DNA of 63,580 nt, counting the filler, from Candidatus Woesearchaeota archaeon (GTDB lineage: Archaea; Nanobdellota; Nanobdellia; Woesearchaeales; CAZJJJ01), in NCBI GenBank assembly GCA_046538795.1. It is 3 parts of 3 records of this genome, joined end to end, with 100 filler letters (N's around TTAATTAATTAA, not from the genome) between each part and the next. Parts side by side here need not be neighbours in the genome. Positions count along the whole stretch, not along the records: positions 22,112 to 43,339 come from JBKHIF010000019.1; 2 more parts are not named here. One strand, 5' to 3'. Shown piece by piece: positions 28,682 to 38,435 of the stretch (the first letter of the stretch is position 1; every line of letters starts with the position of its first letter). The position numbers and the translations under genes were made by a program. The notes beneath the pieces are model-generated. The model searched no databases. It was not told the DNA's origin and worked only from the letters and a program-made list of their open reading frames with translations.

Positions 28682-30445
28682 TTAATTTTTCCTTATCGCT
28701 TTGAATTCATGTTCACCTATCCTGTGCAGATATGTTTTCCATATTCCTGGGCATTCATCTTTTAATTTGCATTCATGACATGCTTTTGCATATCCTATCC
28801 TTCTTTCAACAACGGTCTTTCCTTTTGCTTTTTCCCTGTTTTTTTCATTAAGAAGACAAAGTGGAAAATGGTAGAGTCTTACATCATCTATTATATCAAG
28901 GGCTTTTTCAAGATATGGCATGACCTTTTCCATGTTAACAAGCAGCTTGTCCCTGTTAATGTTTGCGCTTCCTATTGCGTCAAAATAAAGGAATACTGTG
29001 TGTGCTTTTCTGAAATGCTTTCTGATAAGGCTTGCGGTTTCAGGAAGGAATGGATAATTCATGCCGTGAACTACAATTCTTATCTCTGCGTTAGCTCCGC
29101 TTTTGAAAAGATTCTTTATTCCTATGCATGTCTGCCTAAAACTTCCCTTGCTTCTTGTGATAAAATCATGAAGTTCACTTCTGTGTGCATGAAGAGGTAT
29201 TATGAACTTATTTACCCCTGATTCTATTATATCTTTAGTATAGTCATTGTAATAGAATCGTCTTCCATTTGTAAGAAGAGAAAGCTCTGTTTTAGGATGC
29301 TTTTTCTTTATGTATCTTATGATCTCAGGAAGGTCATTTCTTAATGTTGGTTCTCCGCCTGTTATGGATATGTGATTTGGGTTATCTAGTTCATCTATCT
29401 GTCTTATGATTTCTTTTTTTGAGAGAAGACAGTGTTTTACTTCCATCTCTTTTGTCCTTAAGGTGGTGCACATTATGCAGCTGCTGTTGCATGCTGTTCC
29501 GATAACAATATCTGAGTTTCTGTTTTCTTTTGGGATAGGTTTTAATTCTTTTGTTCCAAAAAGTTCTGCATATTCTTTCCATACTCCGAAACAGATGTCG
29601 TCAAGCTTACAGTTTTTGCATCTGGATGATTTTTTTTTAAGGTTTCCATATGCTTGTTTCTGAAAATCGTCATGTTTTTCTGTTCCTTTTGCTGCATAGG
29701 CTTGCGGTTTTTCATATGCTTTCTTGAGTTTTCTTGATCTGATGGTTTCTGATGAGTTGTTTTCAAATCCTTTCATGTAGCATAGTGGAAGGCCTTCTAT
29801 CTCAAAACATGAATTATTTTCTTTGAGGTATGTAAGTGTTGGTAGAATGTATGGCTCTATATCTGTTAGTCTTGGGATTATGTCTTTGTTTATCCTGGAA
29901 TTTCCGTTTGGTCTTAAGAATCCAAGATATATAGGTATCTCTTTTTTATAACCATGTATGAACTTGCAAAAATCAATCATATCTTTATAATTAAGCTTAT
30001 TTATGACGTGGCTTATGTAAATGCTTATGTCTGAATCTGTTATGTTTTTCAAGGCTTGTATTGATTTTTCATAATCATCAGAAGATGTTATCTTGTTGTA
30101 TATCTCTTTCTTATGAGAATGTATTGAGATAAAAACATGGTCAAGTCCTGAATCAAGAAGATCTTTAAAATAATCTTTATCAGATAGCTTGATTCCGTTT
30201 GTCTGGAGTTCAATTGTTTCTATGCCCTGTTTTTTTGCATACCTGAAAAGTCTTGGAAGGTCATCTCTTATAGTAGGCTCTCCTCCTGTAAATACGATTA
30301 TATCTGTTCCTTTTTTTGAAGCACTATATATCTCACGTATAGCTTCTTTTGTCGATAAGGTTTGATCATTATCATCTGCAATAGTACAAAAAAGGCAGTT
30401 ATGGTTGCATCCAAGTCCAAGTCTTATCGTGGTTATTTTGCTCAT
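28682..30445 (-). CDS. Double radical SAM domain protein (second domain HxsC-like)
   Basis: CNHNCLFC and CNSSCIMC, each followed by TGGEPT and a CxxCxxxxxC tail. Confidence 0.9.
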   Translation of the reverse strand: MSKITTIRLGLGCNHNCLFCTIADDNDQTLSTKEAIREIYSASKKGTDIIVFTGGEPTIRDDLPRLFRYAKKQGIETIELQTNGIKLSDKDYFKDLLDSGLDHVFISIHSHKKEIYNKITSSDDYEKSIQALKNITDSDISIYISHVINKLNYKDMIDFCKFIHGYKKEIPIYLGFLRPNGNSRINKDIIPRLTDIEPYILPTLTYLKENNSCFEIEGLPLCYMKGFENNSSETIRSRKLKKAYEKPQAYAAKGTEKHDDFQKQAYGNLKKKSSRCKNCKLDDICFGVWKEYAELFGTKELKPIPKENRNSDIVIGTACNSSCIMCTTLRTKEMEVKHCLLSKKEIIRQIDELDNPNHISITGGEPTLRNDLPEIIRYIKKKHPKTELSLLTNGRRFYYNDYTKDIIESGVNKFIIPLHAHRSELHDFITRSKGSFRQTCIGIKNLFKSGANAEIRIVVHGMNYPFLPETASLIRKHFRKAHTVFLYFDAIGSANINRDKLLVNMEKVMPYLEKALDIIDDVRLYHFPLCLLNEKNREKAKGKTVVERRIGYAKACHECKLKDECPGIWKTYLHRIGEHEFKAIRKN

Positions 30446-30447
30446 GT

Positions 30448-30909
30448 TTATCTGTTTGGATCCTTTATGTGGAATATTTTCTTGATCTTTGAATATATGT
30501 TAAGTCCGATTATGGTTGAAAAGATCATGTTCATGATTATTATGATTATCAGGTTGATGTAAAGATCTTTCAGATTAGCATTTTCTGAAAAGAACCCAAT
30601 TACCCTGAAAATGAGTATCATTATGAATGTCACTGCTATGCTCATGCTTGGTACTATTCTGAAAAACCATTTTGTTTTGTGTTTTTTTATGAAGGACAAT
30701 CCTGTGAAAATAGATGCTGATTGAGGTATTAGGTATAATAGATTGTAGGTTAGGCTAAACCATGCCTGTCCCAACAACCCCTCTTTGAAGACCGAAAAGG
30801 TATTCAGATAATTACCTACCCACAGAAACATCAAAGTGATTATTGATATCAAAAAATATATTGGAAGCGTGTTCTTAAATGTAATATTTAACCGGCTTAA
30901 TGTCTTCAT
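30448..30909 (-). CDS. Four-TM membrane protein
   Basis: Hydrophobic; ends 2 nt before the radical SAM start. Confidence 0.65.
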   Translation of the reverse strand: MKTLSRLNITFKNTLPIYFLISIITLMFLWVGNYLNTFSVFKEGLLGQAWFSLTYNLLYLIPQSASIFTGLSFIKKHKTKWFFRIVPSMSIAVTFIMILIFRVIGFFSENANLKDLYINLIIIIIMNMIFSTIIGLNIYSKIKKIFHIKDPNR

Positions 30910-31005
30910 CAGAAATTAGGATAACTCATGATGATATATAAAAATATGGTCTCTTATGTTTTAGAAATATTTGATTTAGACTTATTTAATCAACTATATT
31001 ATTCT

Positions 31006-31145
31006 TTATTGAAAATTTCGCATGAAACACGTTTGAAACTTTGCTTCAATGTGTGCAGAAATTTAAAAAAGTTCTTTTCGTTTTTGTGGGGTTTGCCCCG
31101 AAAGGATGCTCTTTGAGCAGGCAGGGGAATAGCCATCGGCTTGAG
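31006..31145 (+). repeat. Dispersed ~140-bp multi-hairpin repeat, full copy
   Basis: TTATTGAAAATTTCGCATGAAACACG...GGGGAATAGCCATCGGCTTGAG. Confidence 0.9.
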
Positions 31146-31192
31146 GGATTTTAATAATTAAAAAAAAGAAAAACAGAAAAAAAGTAAAAAGC

Positions 31193-32431
31193 CTATTCAA
31201 ACATATCGTCTGGATAAATTGCTTCTTCTCCCAGTTCATCTTCAATCCTTATGAGCTGGTTGAATTTCGCGGTCCGGTCTGCCCTGCACGGAGCTCCAAG
31301 CTTGATCTGTCCTGTACCCAAAGCTACAGCAAGGTCTGCTATGAATGGATCTTCAGTCTCTCCGCTCCTGTGGCTTACCATTACATGCCAATCGTTATCC
31401 ATTGCAAGCTTTGCTGCATCCATTGCTTCAGTAAGCGTCCCTATCTGATTTACCTTAAGAAGAAGGGCGTTGCATAATCCCTTGTCAAGAGCCATCTGTA
31501 TCCTTTTTGTGTTTGTAACCAGAAGATCGTCTCCTACAATCTGGATCTTTGTATCTTTCATTATGCCTTCATAGCTTTCGAAATCATCTTGGTCAAATGG
31601 ATCTTCGATAGAGATTATAGGGTATTCATCTGAGAGCTTGTTATAGTATGCTATTATCTCTTCGCGAGGAAGCTTTTCCCTTAGGTAAGTTTTGTCATGA
31701 TAGAATTCAGATGCCGCAGGATCCATCGCAATTTTTACTTTTCCTTCATATCCTGATTCTTTTATTGCCTGGGTTATAAGATCAAGCGCATCTTCTGCTT
31801 TGTCGATAGGGGGAGCAAATCCGCCTTCATCTCCTACATTAACAGCAGAAGCTCCATATTTTTTCTTTAATATGCCCTTTAATGTCTGGTATATCTCAGA
31901 TGCCATCCTTGCTGCTTCCTTAAAGCTTTCTGCTTTGATAGGCGCTATCATGAATTCCTGCATCTCAAGCTTTCCGCCGGCATGCTTTCCACCATTTATT
32001 ATGTTGCAGAATGGTATAGGAAGCCTTTTTGAATCATTTCCCAGGTATTTGTACAAAGGTATTTTCTTTGAATCAGCTGCAGCTCTTGCTACTGCCATGC
32101 TTATTCCTAGAAGTGCATTTGCACCATATTTTGACTTGTTGTCTGTGCCGTCGAGTTCAAGCATCTTCTTGTCGATCTCTTTTTGGGCTGTGACATCCAT
32201 ACCTATGAGTTCTTTTGCAATCTCTTGAACGTTTGCGCAAGCTTTCTGTACACCTTTACCGTGGAACCGGTCGTCCTTGTCTCTTAATTCAAGCGCCTCA
32301 TATTCTCCTGTGCTTGCGCCTGATGGAACTATTGCGCGTCCCATGCCTTCTTCAGTGTAAACCTCAACTTCAACAGTAGGATTCCCTCTTGAATCCAGAA
32401 CTTCTCTTGCTTTGATTTTTTTGATTTCCAT
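31193..32431 (-). CDS. eno: Enolase
   Basis: [47 protein letters not shown]; start placed at MEIKK. Confidence 0.98.
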   Translation of the reverse strand: MEIKKIKAREVLDSRGNPTVEVEVYTEEGMGRAIVPSGASTGEYEALELRDKDDRFHGKGVQKACANVQEIAKELIGMDVTAQKEIDKKMLELDGTDNKSKYGANALLGISMAVARAAADSKKIPLYKYLGNDSKRLPIPFCNIINGGKHAGGKLEMQEFMIAPIKAESFKEAARMASEIYQTLKGILKKKYGASAVNVGDEGGFAPPIDKAEDALDLITQAIKESGYEGKVKIAMDPAASEFYHDKTYLREKLPREEIIAYYNKLSDEYPIISIEDPFDQDDFESYEGIMKDTKIQIVGDDLLVTNTKRIQMALDKGLCNALLLKVNQIGTLTEAMDAAKLAMDNDWHVMVSHRSGETEDPFIADLAVALGTGQIKLGAPCRADRTAKFNQLIRIEDELGEEAIYPDDMFE

Positions 32432-32582
32432 TTTACTTTTTGTATAATTCAAAATGTATTTAAATGTTTATTTTATCTATCATCTGTTGCAAGTTTTGTA
32501 TATTGTATGAAATTATTTTTTAAGGTTGCGACAATATGAATTCAAAACTTTTATATATCTATGATACAAGATTTAAGGTAAA

Positions 32583-33680
32583 TTGGTGTTTTCTAAAAAA
32601 ATGGACCTGAATGATGTGAGAAAGTATCTTGCCTTAATCCTTATAGTAATACTGGCATTTGTTGCATATAAGGTTACTCAGCCGTTTCTCATGCCTTTGA
32701 TCATAGGTGCGATTTTTGCTTTTGTTTTCTACCCACTATACAAGTTTACTGGAAAAAAGATAAAGAACAATAAGCTTAATGCTCTTGTCATAACTTTTAT
32801 CATATTCATAATACTTACTGTTCCGTTTACCATAATACTTAATGTTATCGCTAATGAATCAATTTCTTTTTATAATTCAACAAGAGATTTTTTACAGGAT
32901 GGAAGGTTTACTGATGATATTAACTGCTCTGAAAATGAAAGTGTCATATGCAATGTTCTTGCTTTTTTTGAAGAATCATTAAGTCCTGAGATACGTCAGC
33001 AGATACGGGATACTATAAGCACGCTTGTTCAGAACCTGGTAAGGTCGATTGCAAATATCATTGCTTCCATACCAAACAGAATCATTCAGTTCATAGTTCT
33101 CATATTGAGCGTCTATGTAACACTTATCGAGGGAAACAATATTGCAAGAAGCATAAAACATTTTATCCCGCTTTCAGATCAGCATAAGGTAAAGCTTTCA
33201 AAAGAATTCACAAATATAATTGATGGTATCATATACGGACAAATATTTACAGCAATTATTCAAGGAATTATCGCGTCTATTGGATTTTATATTTTTGGAG
33301 TTAGTTCTCCATTGGTCTGGGGTCTTTTATTCACGTCTTTTTTTGCTTTGATACCATTCCTTGGAGCCGCAAGCATCTGGGTTCCTATGTCAATCATCAA
33401 GGTTGTAGTGGGAGTTGTGACTAATGATCCTGCCGGAATAGGGAGTGGTATAGGTCTGGCTTTATATGGATTTTTCGTGATATCTATGATTGATAATATA
33501 ATAAGGCCTAAACTTATGGGGGATAAGGCAAAGATGAATATAGTGTTCTCTTTTATAAGCATACTTGGAGGAATTGCTGCTTTTGGAATTTCAGGGTTGA
33601 TCCTTGGTCCTGTGATTATATCTCTTTTCATGGCTGTGGTCAACATTTATATAGAAGAAGTTGAAAAAACTACATTATAA
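32583..33680 (+). CDS. AI-2E family transporter
   Basis: TM pattern, FFALIPFLG, IDNIIRP, GLILGP. Confidence 0.9.
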   Translation: MVFSKKMDLNDVRKYLALILIVILAFVAYKVTQPFLMPLIIGAIFAFVFYPLYKFTGKKIKNNKLNALVITFIIFIILTVPFTIILNVIANESISFYNSTRDFLQDGRFTDDINCSENESVICNVLAFFEESLSPEIRQQIRDTISTLVQNLVRSIANIIASIPNRIIQFIVLILSVYVTLIEGNNIARSIKHFIPLSDQHKVKLSKEFTNIIDGIIYGQIFTAIIQGIIASIGFYIFGVSSPLVWGLLFTSFFALIPFLGAASIWVPMSIIKVVVGVVTNDPAGIGSGIGLALYGFFVISMIDNIIRPKLMGDKAKMNIVFSFISILGGIAAFGISGLILGPVIISLFMAVVNIYIEEVEKTTL

Positions 33681-33698
33681 AAAAAAGAGGGATTTGCA

Positions 33699-35189
33699 GT
33701 GAAGCTTAAACTTAAAGAAATAGATATTGATTCTGGCTATAATGTTTGTTTTATGAACAAAAAAGACGCTGATCATATGGATCTTAGGCATGGAGAACGC
33801 CTGAAGATAAGTTCAAAGAAGTCTTCTGTAACATGCATAGTTGACATAAGCAAGTCTAAACGGATAATTTCTCCGGGATATATAGGGCTTTTGACTGAAG
33901 CTTTCAGAGAGCTTAATCTGAAAGAAGATACTATTGTTAAGGTAAATCATGTTGATAAGCCTGTTTCTCTTCATTATATAAAGAAGAAGCTAAAAGGCGA
34001 GAGGCTTGAAGACCATGAGATTTATGCAATAATCAAGGATATTGTGGATGGTAATTTTTCTGATGTAGAGATAACTTACTTTGTATCTGCATGTTACATA
34101 CATGAGATGAGCATGAAAGAGACTGTGAGCCTTACGAATGCAATAATAAATACAGGAGATACAATCAAGTTCAGAAAATTTCCTGTGGTCGATAAGCATT
34201 GCATAGGAGGTGTTGCAGGAAATAGGACAACCATGATAGTTGTTCCGCTGCTTGCTTCATTGGGATATACGATGCCAAAGACAAGCGCAAGAAGCATAAC
34301 TTCTCCTGCAGGGACATCTGATACTGTTGAGGTTCTTTGTCCAGTATCTCTTTCTGTCGATAAGATCAAAGAGGTCGTTGATAAGACTAATGGCTGCCTT
34401 GTCTGGGGAGGAGGAGTCAACATGGCTCCTGCTGATGATCGTATAATAAAAGTTGAGCACCCGGTAAGCCTTGATCCTACTGGCCAGCTTCTTGCAAGCA
34501 TAATGGCCAAGAAAAAGGCTGTTTCTGCAACACACCTCCTGGTTGATATTCCATATGGAAAAGGTGCAAAGATTGAGGATTACAAGAGGGCAGAAAGCCT
34601 TAAAGAAAAGTTTGAAAAGATTTCAAAGGAACTTGTGATAAAGACAAAGGTTGTGCTTACTGATGGTTCCCAGCCTGTCGGAAATGGCATAGGTCCTGCA
34701 CTTGAGGCAAGAGATGTCCTTTGGGTGTTTGAACGAGATGAAAGAGCGCCTATGGATCTTGAAGAGAAAGGGATTGAGATGGCAGCTCACATTATCGAAC
34801 TTACAAAAAAAGCGACTTTCAATGATGCTGTAAAGATATGCAGAGAGCTTATGGATTCGGGAAAAGCACAGCAGAAATTCAAGGATATAATAAAGGCTCA
34901 GGGTGGAAATACTTTTGAATCATCTAAAATTGAACTTGCAAAATATAAAAAAGATGTCTTGGCTGTTAAATCAGGAATTATAACAAGCATGAATAATAAG
35001 ATAATATCAAGGATTGCAAGGATATGCGGCGCTCCGGGAAGCAAGCGTTCAGGACTTTACCTTTATGGGCATGTAGGTGACAGGATAGAAAAAGGATCGC
35101 CTATAATGACGCTTTACAGCGAAAATAAGGATAAGCTTGAATTTGCCTATGATTTTTACAAGGAGTATGGAGGAGTCAAGCTAAACTGA
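33699..35189 (+). CDS. AMP phosphorylase (thymidine phosphorylase family)
   Basis: DKHCIGGVAGNRTT, KTSARSITSPAGT, DGSQPVGNGIGPALEA. Confidence 0.95.
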   Translation: MKLKLKEIDIDSGYNVCFMNKKDADHMDLRHGERLKISSKKSSVTCIVDISKSKRIISPGYIGLLTEAFRELNLKEDTIVKVNHVDKPVSLHYIKKKLKGERLEDHEIYAIIKDIVDGNFSDVEITYFVSACYIHEMSMKETVSLTNAIINTGDTIKFRKFPVVDKHCIGGVAGNRTTMIVVPLLASLGYTMPKTSARSITSPAGTSDTVEVLCPVSLSVDKIKEVVDKTNGCLVWGGGVNMAPADDRIIKVEHPVSLDPTGQLLASIMAKKKAVSATHLLVDIPYGKGAKIEDYKRAESLKEKFEKISKELVIKTKVVLTDGSQPVGNGIGPALEARDVLWVFERDERAPMDLEEKGIEMAAHIIELTKKATFNDAVKICRELMDSGKAQQKFKDIIKAQGGNTFESSKIELAKYKKDVLAVKSGIITSMNNKIISRIARICGAPGSKRSGLYLYGHVGDRIEKGSPIMTLYSENKDKLEFAYDFYKEYGGVKLN

Positions 35190-35190
35190 T

Positions 35191-35439
35191 TTATCTGTTA
35201 TTTATCTTTTTTAGTTTTTCAATTAATTCTGAAATCTTTTCTGCCTGTCTTACGGTTGTATTAAGAAGAAGATTATTCTTTTCTTTCAGAGCATCGATTG
35301 TATCATCTTTTCTTTTCAGTTCTTCTGAAAGCTGTCCTACTATTCTTTTATGCTCTTTCATCTCTACACTTTTTCTTTCAAAAAGATCATCAGAATCTAA
35401 GGTTTCATCTGATTCTTTTGTATCTGATTCTTTAACCAT
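35191..35439 (-). CDS. Small coiled-coil hypothetical protein
   Basis: 82-aa ORF filling the intergenic gap, heptad-like pattern. Confidence 0.6.
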   Translation of the reverse strand: MVKESDTKESDETLDSDDLFERKSVEMKEHKRIVGQLSEELKRKDDTIDALKEKNNLLLNTTVRQAEKISELIEKLKKINNR

Positions 35440-35549
35440 ATCCTAGAAGAATATCATGAAATTTAATAAAATTTACTTTTGTTGTATTTTTATTTAGTAA
35501 CTACTCAAAAGAAGCATTGATAAGATTTAAATAGTGGCGAAATTTAAAA

Positions 35550-36338
35550 TTGTCTATGGAGTGGGCATATACTTTAGTACCAAAAAACAAGCCGAAACTT
35601 GACGATCCTGTATTGATCGAAGGTCTTCCAGGAATTGGAAATGTTGGAAAAATTGCAGTAGATTACATAATCGAAAAAACACAAGCGCAGAAGCTTTATA
35701 CAATATACAGCCACCACATTCCACATTCAGTATTTGTAACTGAAGATAATCTTGTAGAGATGCCAAGAATCGAAATATATTACAAGAAATTCAGGAAGAA
35801 ACGCGATCTTCTTTTGCTTACCGGCGAGACCCAGCCTATTGATGAACCATCATGTTTCTCATTTTGCGAAAGCATCCTTAAGAATATTTCTGAATATCAT
35901 TGCAAAGAAATAATAACTATGGGAGGTATAGGATTAAGAGAACTTCCCAAGAATCCAACTACTTACATAACAGGCACTTCAAAAGAATTTGTTAAAAAAT
36001 ACAAGACACCTAAACTTTCAAATGATCTTTATGGAAAAATAGGTCCTATTGTCGGTGTTTCAGGTGTGCTTGTTGCATTGTCAAGGATGTATAAGAAGCA
36101 GGCAATATCTGTTTTGGGCGAGACCATCGCTCATCCTATGTATATAGATGTGCGCGCTGCAAAAGAGATCCTTACATTTATCAATGATGCTTTAGGCCTT
36201 GATGTGAATCTTAAGTATCTTGATGGCGAGATCAAAGAAATGGAGACGCAGCTTAAGGCTATTGAAGAACTTGAGATTATACAGCAGACACAAGATACTC
36301 ATCAGCCCAGAAAGAAAAATATGAGTTATATTGGATGA
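35550..36338 (+). CDS. PAC2-family proteasome assembly chaperone
   Basis: LIEGLPGIGNVGKIA, GETQP, ITMGG. Confidence 0.92.
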   Translation: MSMEWAYTLVPKNKPKLDDPVLIEGLPGIGNVGKIAVDYIIEKTQAQKLYTIYSHHIPHSVFVTEDNLVEMPRIEIYYKKFRKKRDLLLLTGETQPIDEPSCFSFCESILKNISEYHCKEIITMGGIGLRELPKNPTTYITGTSKEFVKKYKTPKLSNDLYGKIGPIVGVSGVLVALSRMYKKQAISVLGETIAHPMYIDVRAAKEILTFINDALGLDVNLKYLDGEIKEMETQLKAIEELEIIQQTQDTHQPRKKNMSYIG

Positions 36339-36563
36339 TGATGGTCAATGACATTCTAATCTATTAAATACATCTGCTTTGCTTATGTTGTCCTTATAAT
36401 GAGCTTTCTCTTGCTTAATTGCAAAATAATTTATTTAGATATCTTACAAAGAGACAGGTCTTGTACATTCTAAGATAAATCATTTCAGGATGTCCTGTGC
36501 AATTTTCCTGGCACATGGATTGTGAGTTACTATAGGTTTTTTTATTAGACTTGAGCGAACAGA

Positions 36564-37280
36564 TTATTTCTTTATTTCCCATTTATCTAATCTTATCCTA
36601 TCAGAAGGAATATTAAGTTCAGAAAGAAGTATTTCCATAGCAGAGACCATGGGTGGAGGACCGCATACGAACCAGACTTTGTTTTCTGGCTCTGTGACGT
36701 ATTTTTCTACTATGTCTTTTGTTATGAAGCCGGTTTCAAGGCTACAGGTAGTCGTGACTTGATCTTTTGGATTTGTTATCACATTAATCACTTTGATGTT
36801 TTCTTTGCTGTTGAAATTATCCATGTCTTTTGAGCAGATTATATCTTCTTCTGTAAGGTTTCCGTTGAAAAGTATGATTTTGTTTTTTAGGCCTTTTTCT
36901 TCTATGTATCTTATTATGCTTAGAAAAGGCGTTATTCCGGATCCTCCTGAGAGAAATACCAGTTCATCTTTTGTGTTTTCATCAAAATTGAATGTCTTTC
37001 CCAGCGGACCTTTTATATTTATCTTGTCTCCTTTTTTAAAGCTGAATAATCTTTTAGTAAAACTTCCAACTTTCTTTACAGTAAGGTCGATATGGCCTTT
37101 TTCTGCTGGAGAATTGCTGAACGTGAAAGGTCTGACCTCTTCTTTTTCAGAATCAGGAAGTGAAACTATGCAGTGCTGTCCTGCAATGAAAGTAAAATTA
37201 TCAGGAGATTTTATCCTGAATGTCTTTACATTTCTTGCCTCATCTATGATATTTAATATTTCGCCTGTGAAATCAACCAT
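36564..37280 (-). CDS. Ferredoxin-NADP reductase-like FAD oxidoreductase
   Basis: FIAGQ, RPFTFS, GPLG, SGGSGITP, VCGPPPM. Confidence 0.9.
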   Translation of the reverse strand: MVDFTGEILNIIDEARNVKTFRIKSPDNFTFIAGQHCIVSLPDSEKEEVRPFTFSNSPAEKGHIDLTVKKVGSFTKRLFSFKKGDKINIKGPLGKTFNFDENTKDELVFLSGGSGITPFLSIIRYIEEKGLKNKIILFNGNLTEEDIICSKDMDNFNSKENIKVINVITNPKDQVTTTCSLETGFITKDIVEKYVTEPENKVWFVCGPPPMVSAMEILLSELNIPSDRIRLDKWEIKK

Positions 37281-37348
37281 TTTCTATCTTAGGTATTTTG
37301 TTAAATAAAAATGAACTAAAAAAAGAAATAATAATTATGTTTAAGAAT

Positions 37349-37507
37349 CTATTCTGCTTCGAACATGTCTTTTCCTACACCACATACAGGGCATACCCAT
37401 GTATCAGGGATATCAGCAAACTTTGTTCCAGGTTCGATTCCACTGTCTGGATCTCCCTTGTCTTCATCATAAATATATCCGCATGCTTTGCATATAAATT
37501 TCGCCAT
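37349..37507 (-). CDS. Rubredoxin (52 aa; not in ORF track)
   Basis: [61 protein letters not shown]. Confidence 0.97.
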   Translation of the reverse strand: MAKFICKACGYIYDEDKGDPDSGIEPGTKFADIPDTWVCPVCGVGKDMFEAE

Positions 37508-37541
37508 TTTATCACCGTTGTAATCAATGAATCTGCTTTTG

Positions 37542-38435
37542 TCATCTCAGGACATCCATGAGATATTTTAAGCTTGGAGATTGTGTACTGGTATTTGCTA
37601 ATATATTTTTCGATAACTGGGGGACTTCTTCCTGATATGATTTTATTTTTTCTTCATAGAATACCCCTAATCCAAGCTTTTCTTCGTCTTTAGCTTTATC
37701 TATAGCCTTTAGTTTATCTGAAGGATCATAGCTTATATCATCAAGATTATAGGTGTGCTTGTTGAACCATTCATAAGTGTTGTGGTGGTTGAAGCTTACA
37801 CATGGCTGGCATATGTCAATAAGAGAGAAACCTTTGTGCTTTACACCTTTTTGGATAAGTTCTGAAAGCTGTTTTAGGTTTGCTGCAAACCCTCTTGCAA
37901 CAAAAGTAGCTCCTGCACTCAATGCGATCATTAGAGGATTTACAGGCTTTTCTATGACTCCGAAAGGTGTTGATTTAGTCCTGAATCCTTTTTGGCTTGT
38001 AGGAGATGTCTGGCCTGTTGTAAGCCCGTATATCCTGTTGTCGTGAAGTATGACTGTAATATCCTGGTTTCCTCTTGCAGCATGCACGAAATGGTTTAGT
38101 CCTTCTCCCATGCAGTCTCCGTCTCCTGATATCACAATGGTATTTAGCTTGTGGTTTGCAAGCTTTGCTCCGACAGCAACTGGTATGGCTCTTCCGTGAA
38201 GTCCTTCAAATCCGTTCCTGTTATGGAAGTTGACCATGTGGCCGTGGCATCCGATACCGTATGTGAACAAAAGCTCATGTTCTTTTAGCTTAAGGATTTT
38301 TATAGCATCGTTTATTGCTGTGAAAATTCCGTAGTTTCCGCATCCAGGACACCAGTTTTCATGGTCTGGTTTAGGATATGGATCTTTTACTGATTTTTTG
38401 GTTGTCTTTTTCGAAGCCATCTTATTTTTTAGCAA
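37542..38435 (-). CDS. 2-oxoacid:ferredoxin oxidoreductase beta subunit
   Basis: [36 protein letters not shown]. Confidence 0.95.
   Translation of the reverse strand: MLKNKMASKKTTKKSVKDPYPKPDHENWCPGCGNYGIFTAINDAIKILKLKEHELLFTYGIGCHGHMVNFHNRNGFEGLHGRAIPVAVGAKLANHKLNTIVISGDGDCMGEGLNHFVHAARGNQDITVILHDNRIYGLTTGQTSPTSQKGFRTKSTPFGVIEKPVNPLMIALSAGATFVARGFAANLKQLSELIQKGVKHKGFSLIDICQPCVSFNHHNTYEWFNKHTYNLDDISYDPSDKLKAIDKAKDEEKLGLGVFYEEKIKSYQEEVPQLSKNILANTSTQSPSLKYLMDVLR

Noticed and set aside
33699..35189. Complete AMP/RuBisCO nucleoside salvage pathway
   Set aside because: Only AMP phosphorylase is present; no R15P isomerase or RuBisCO in this window, and the pathway is already known in DPANN
36339..36563. 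Possible small gene (e.g. Nop10) or RNA after PAC2
   Set aside because: Only a 33-codon minus-strand ORF with no recognisable motif or RBS
37298..37561. 87-aa plus-strand ORF
   Set aside because: Antisense to a clear rubredoxin gene
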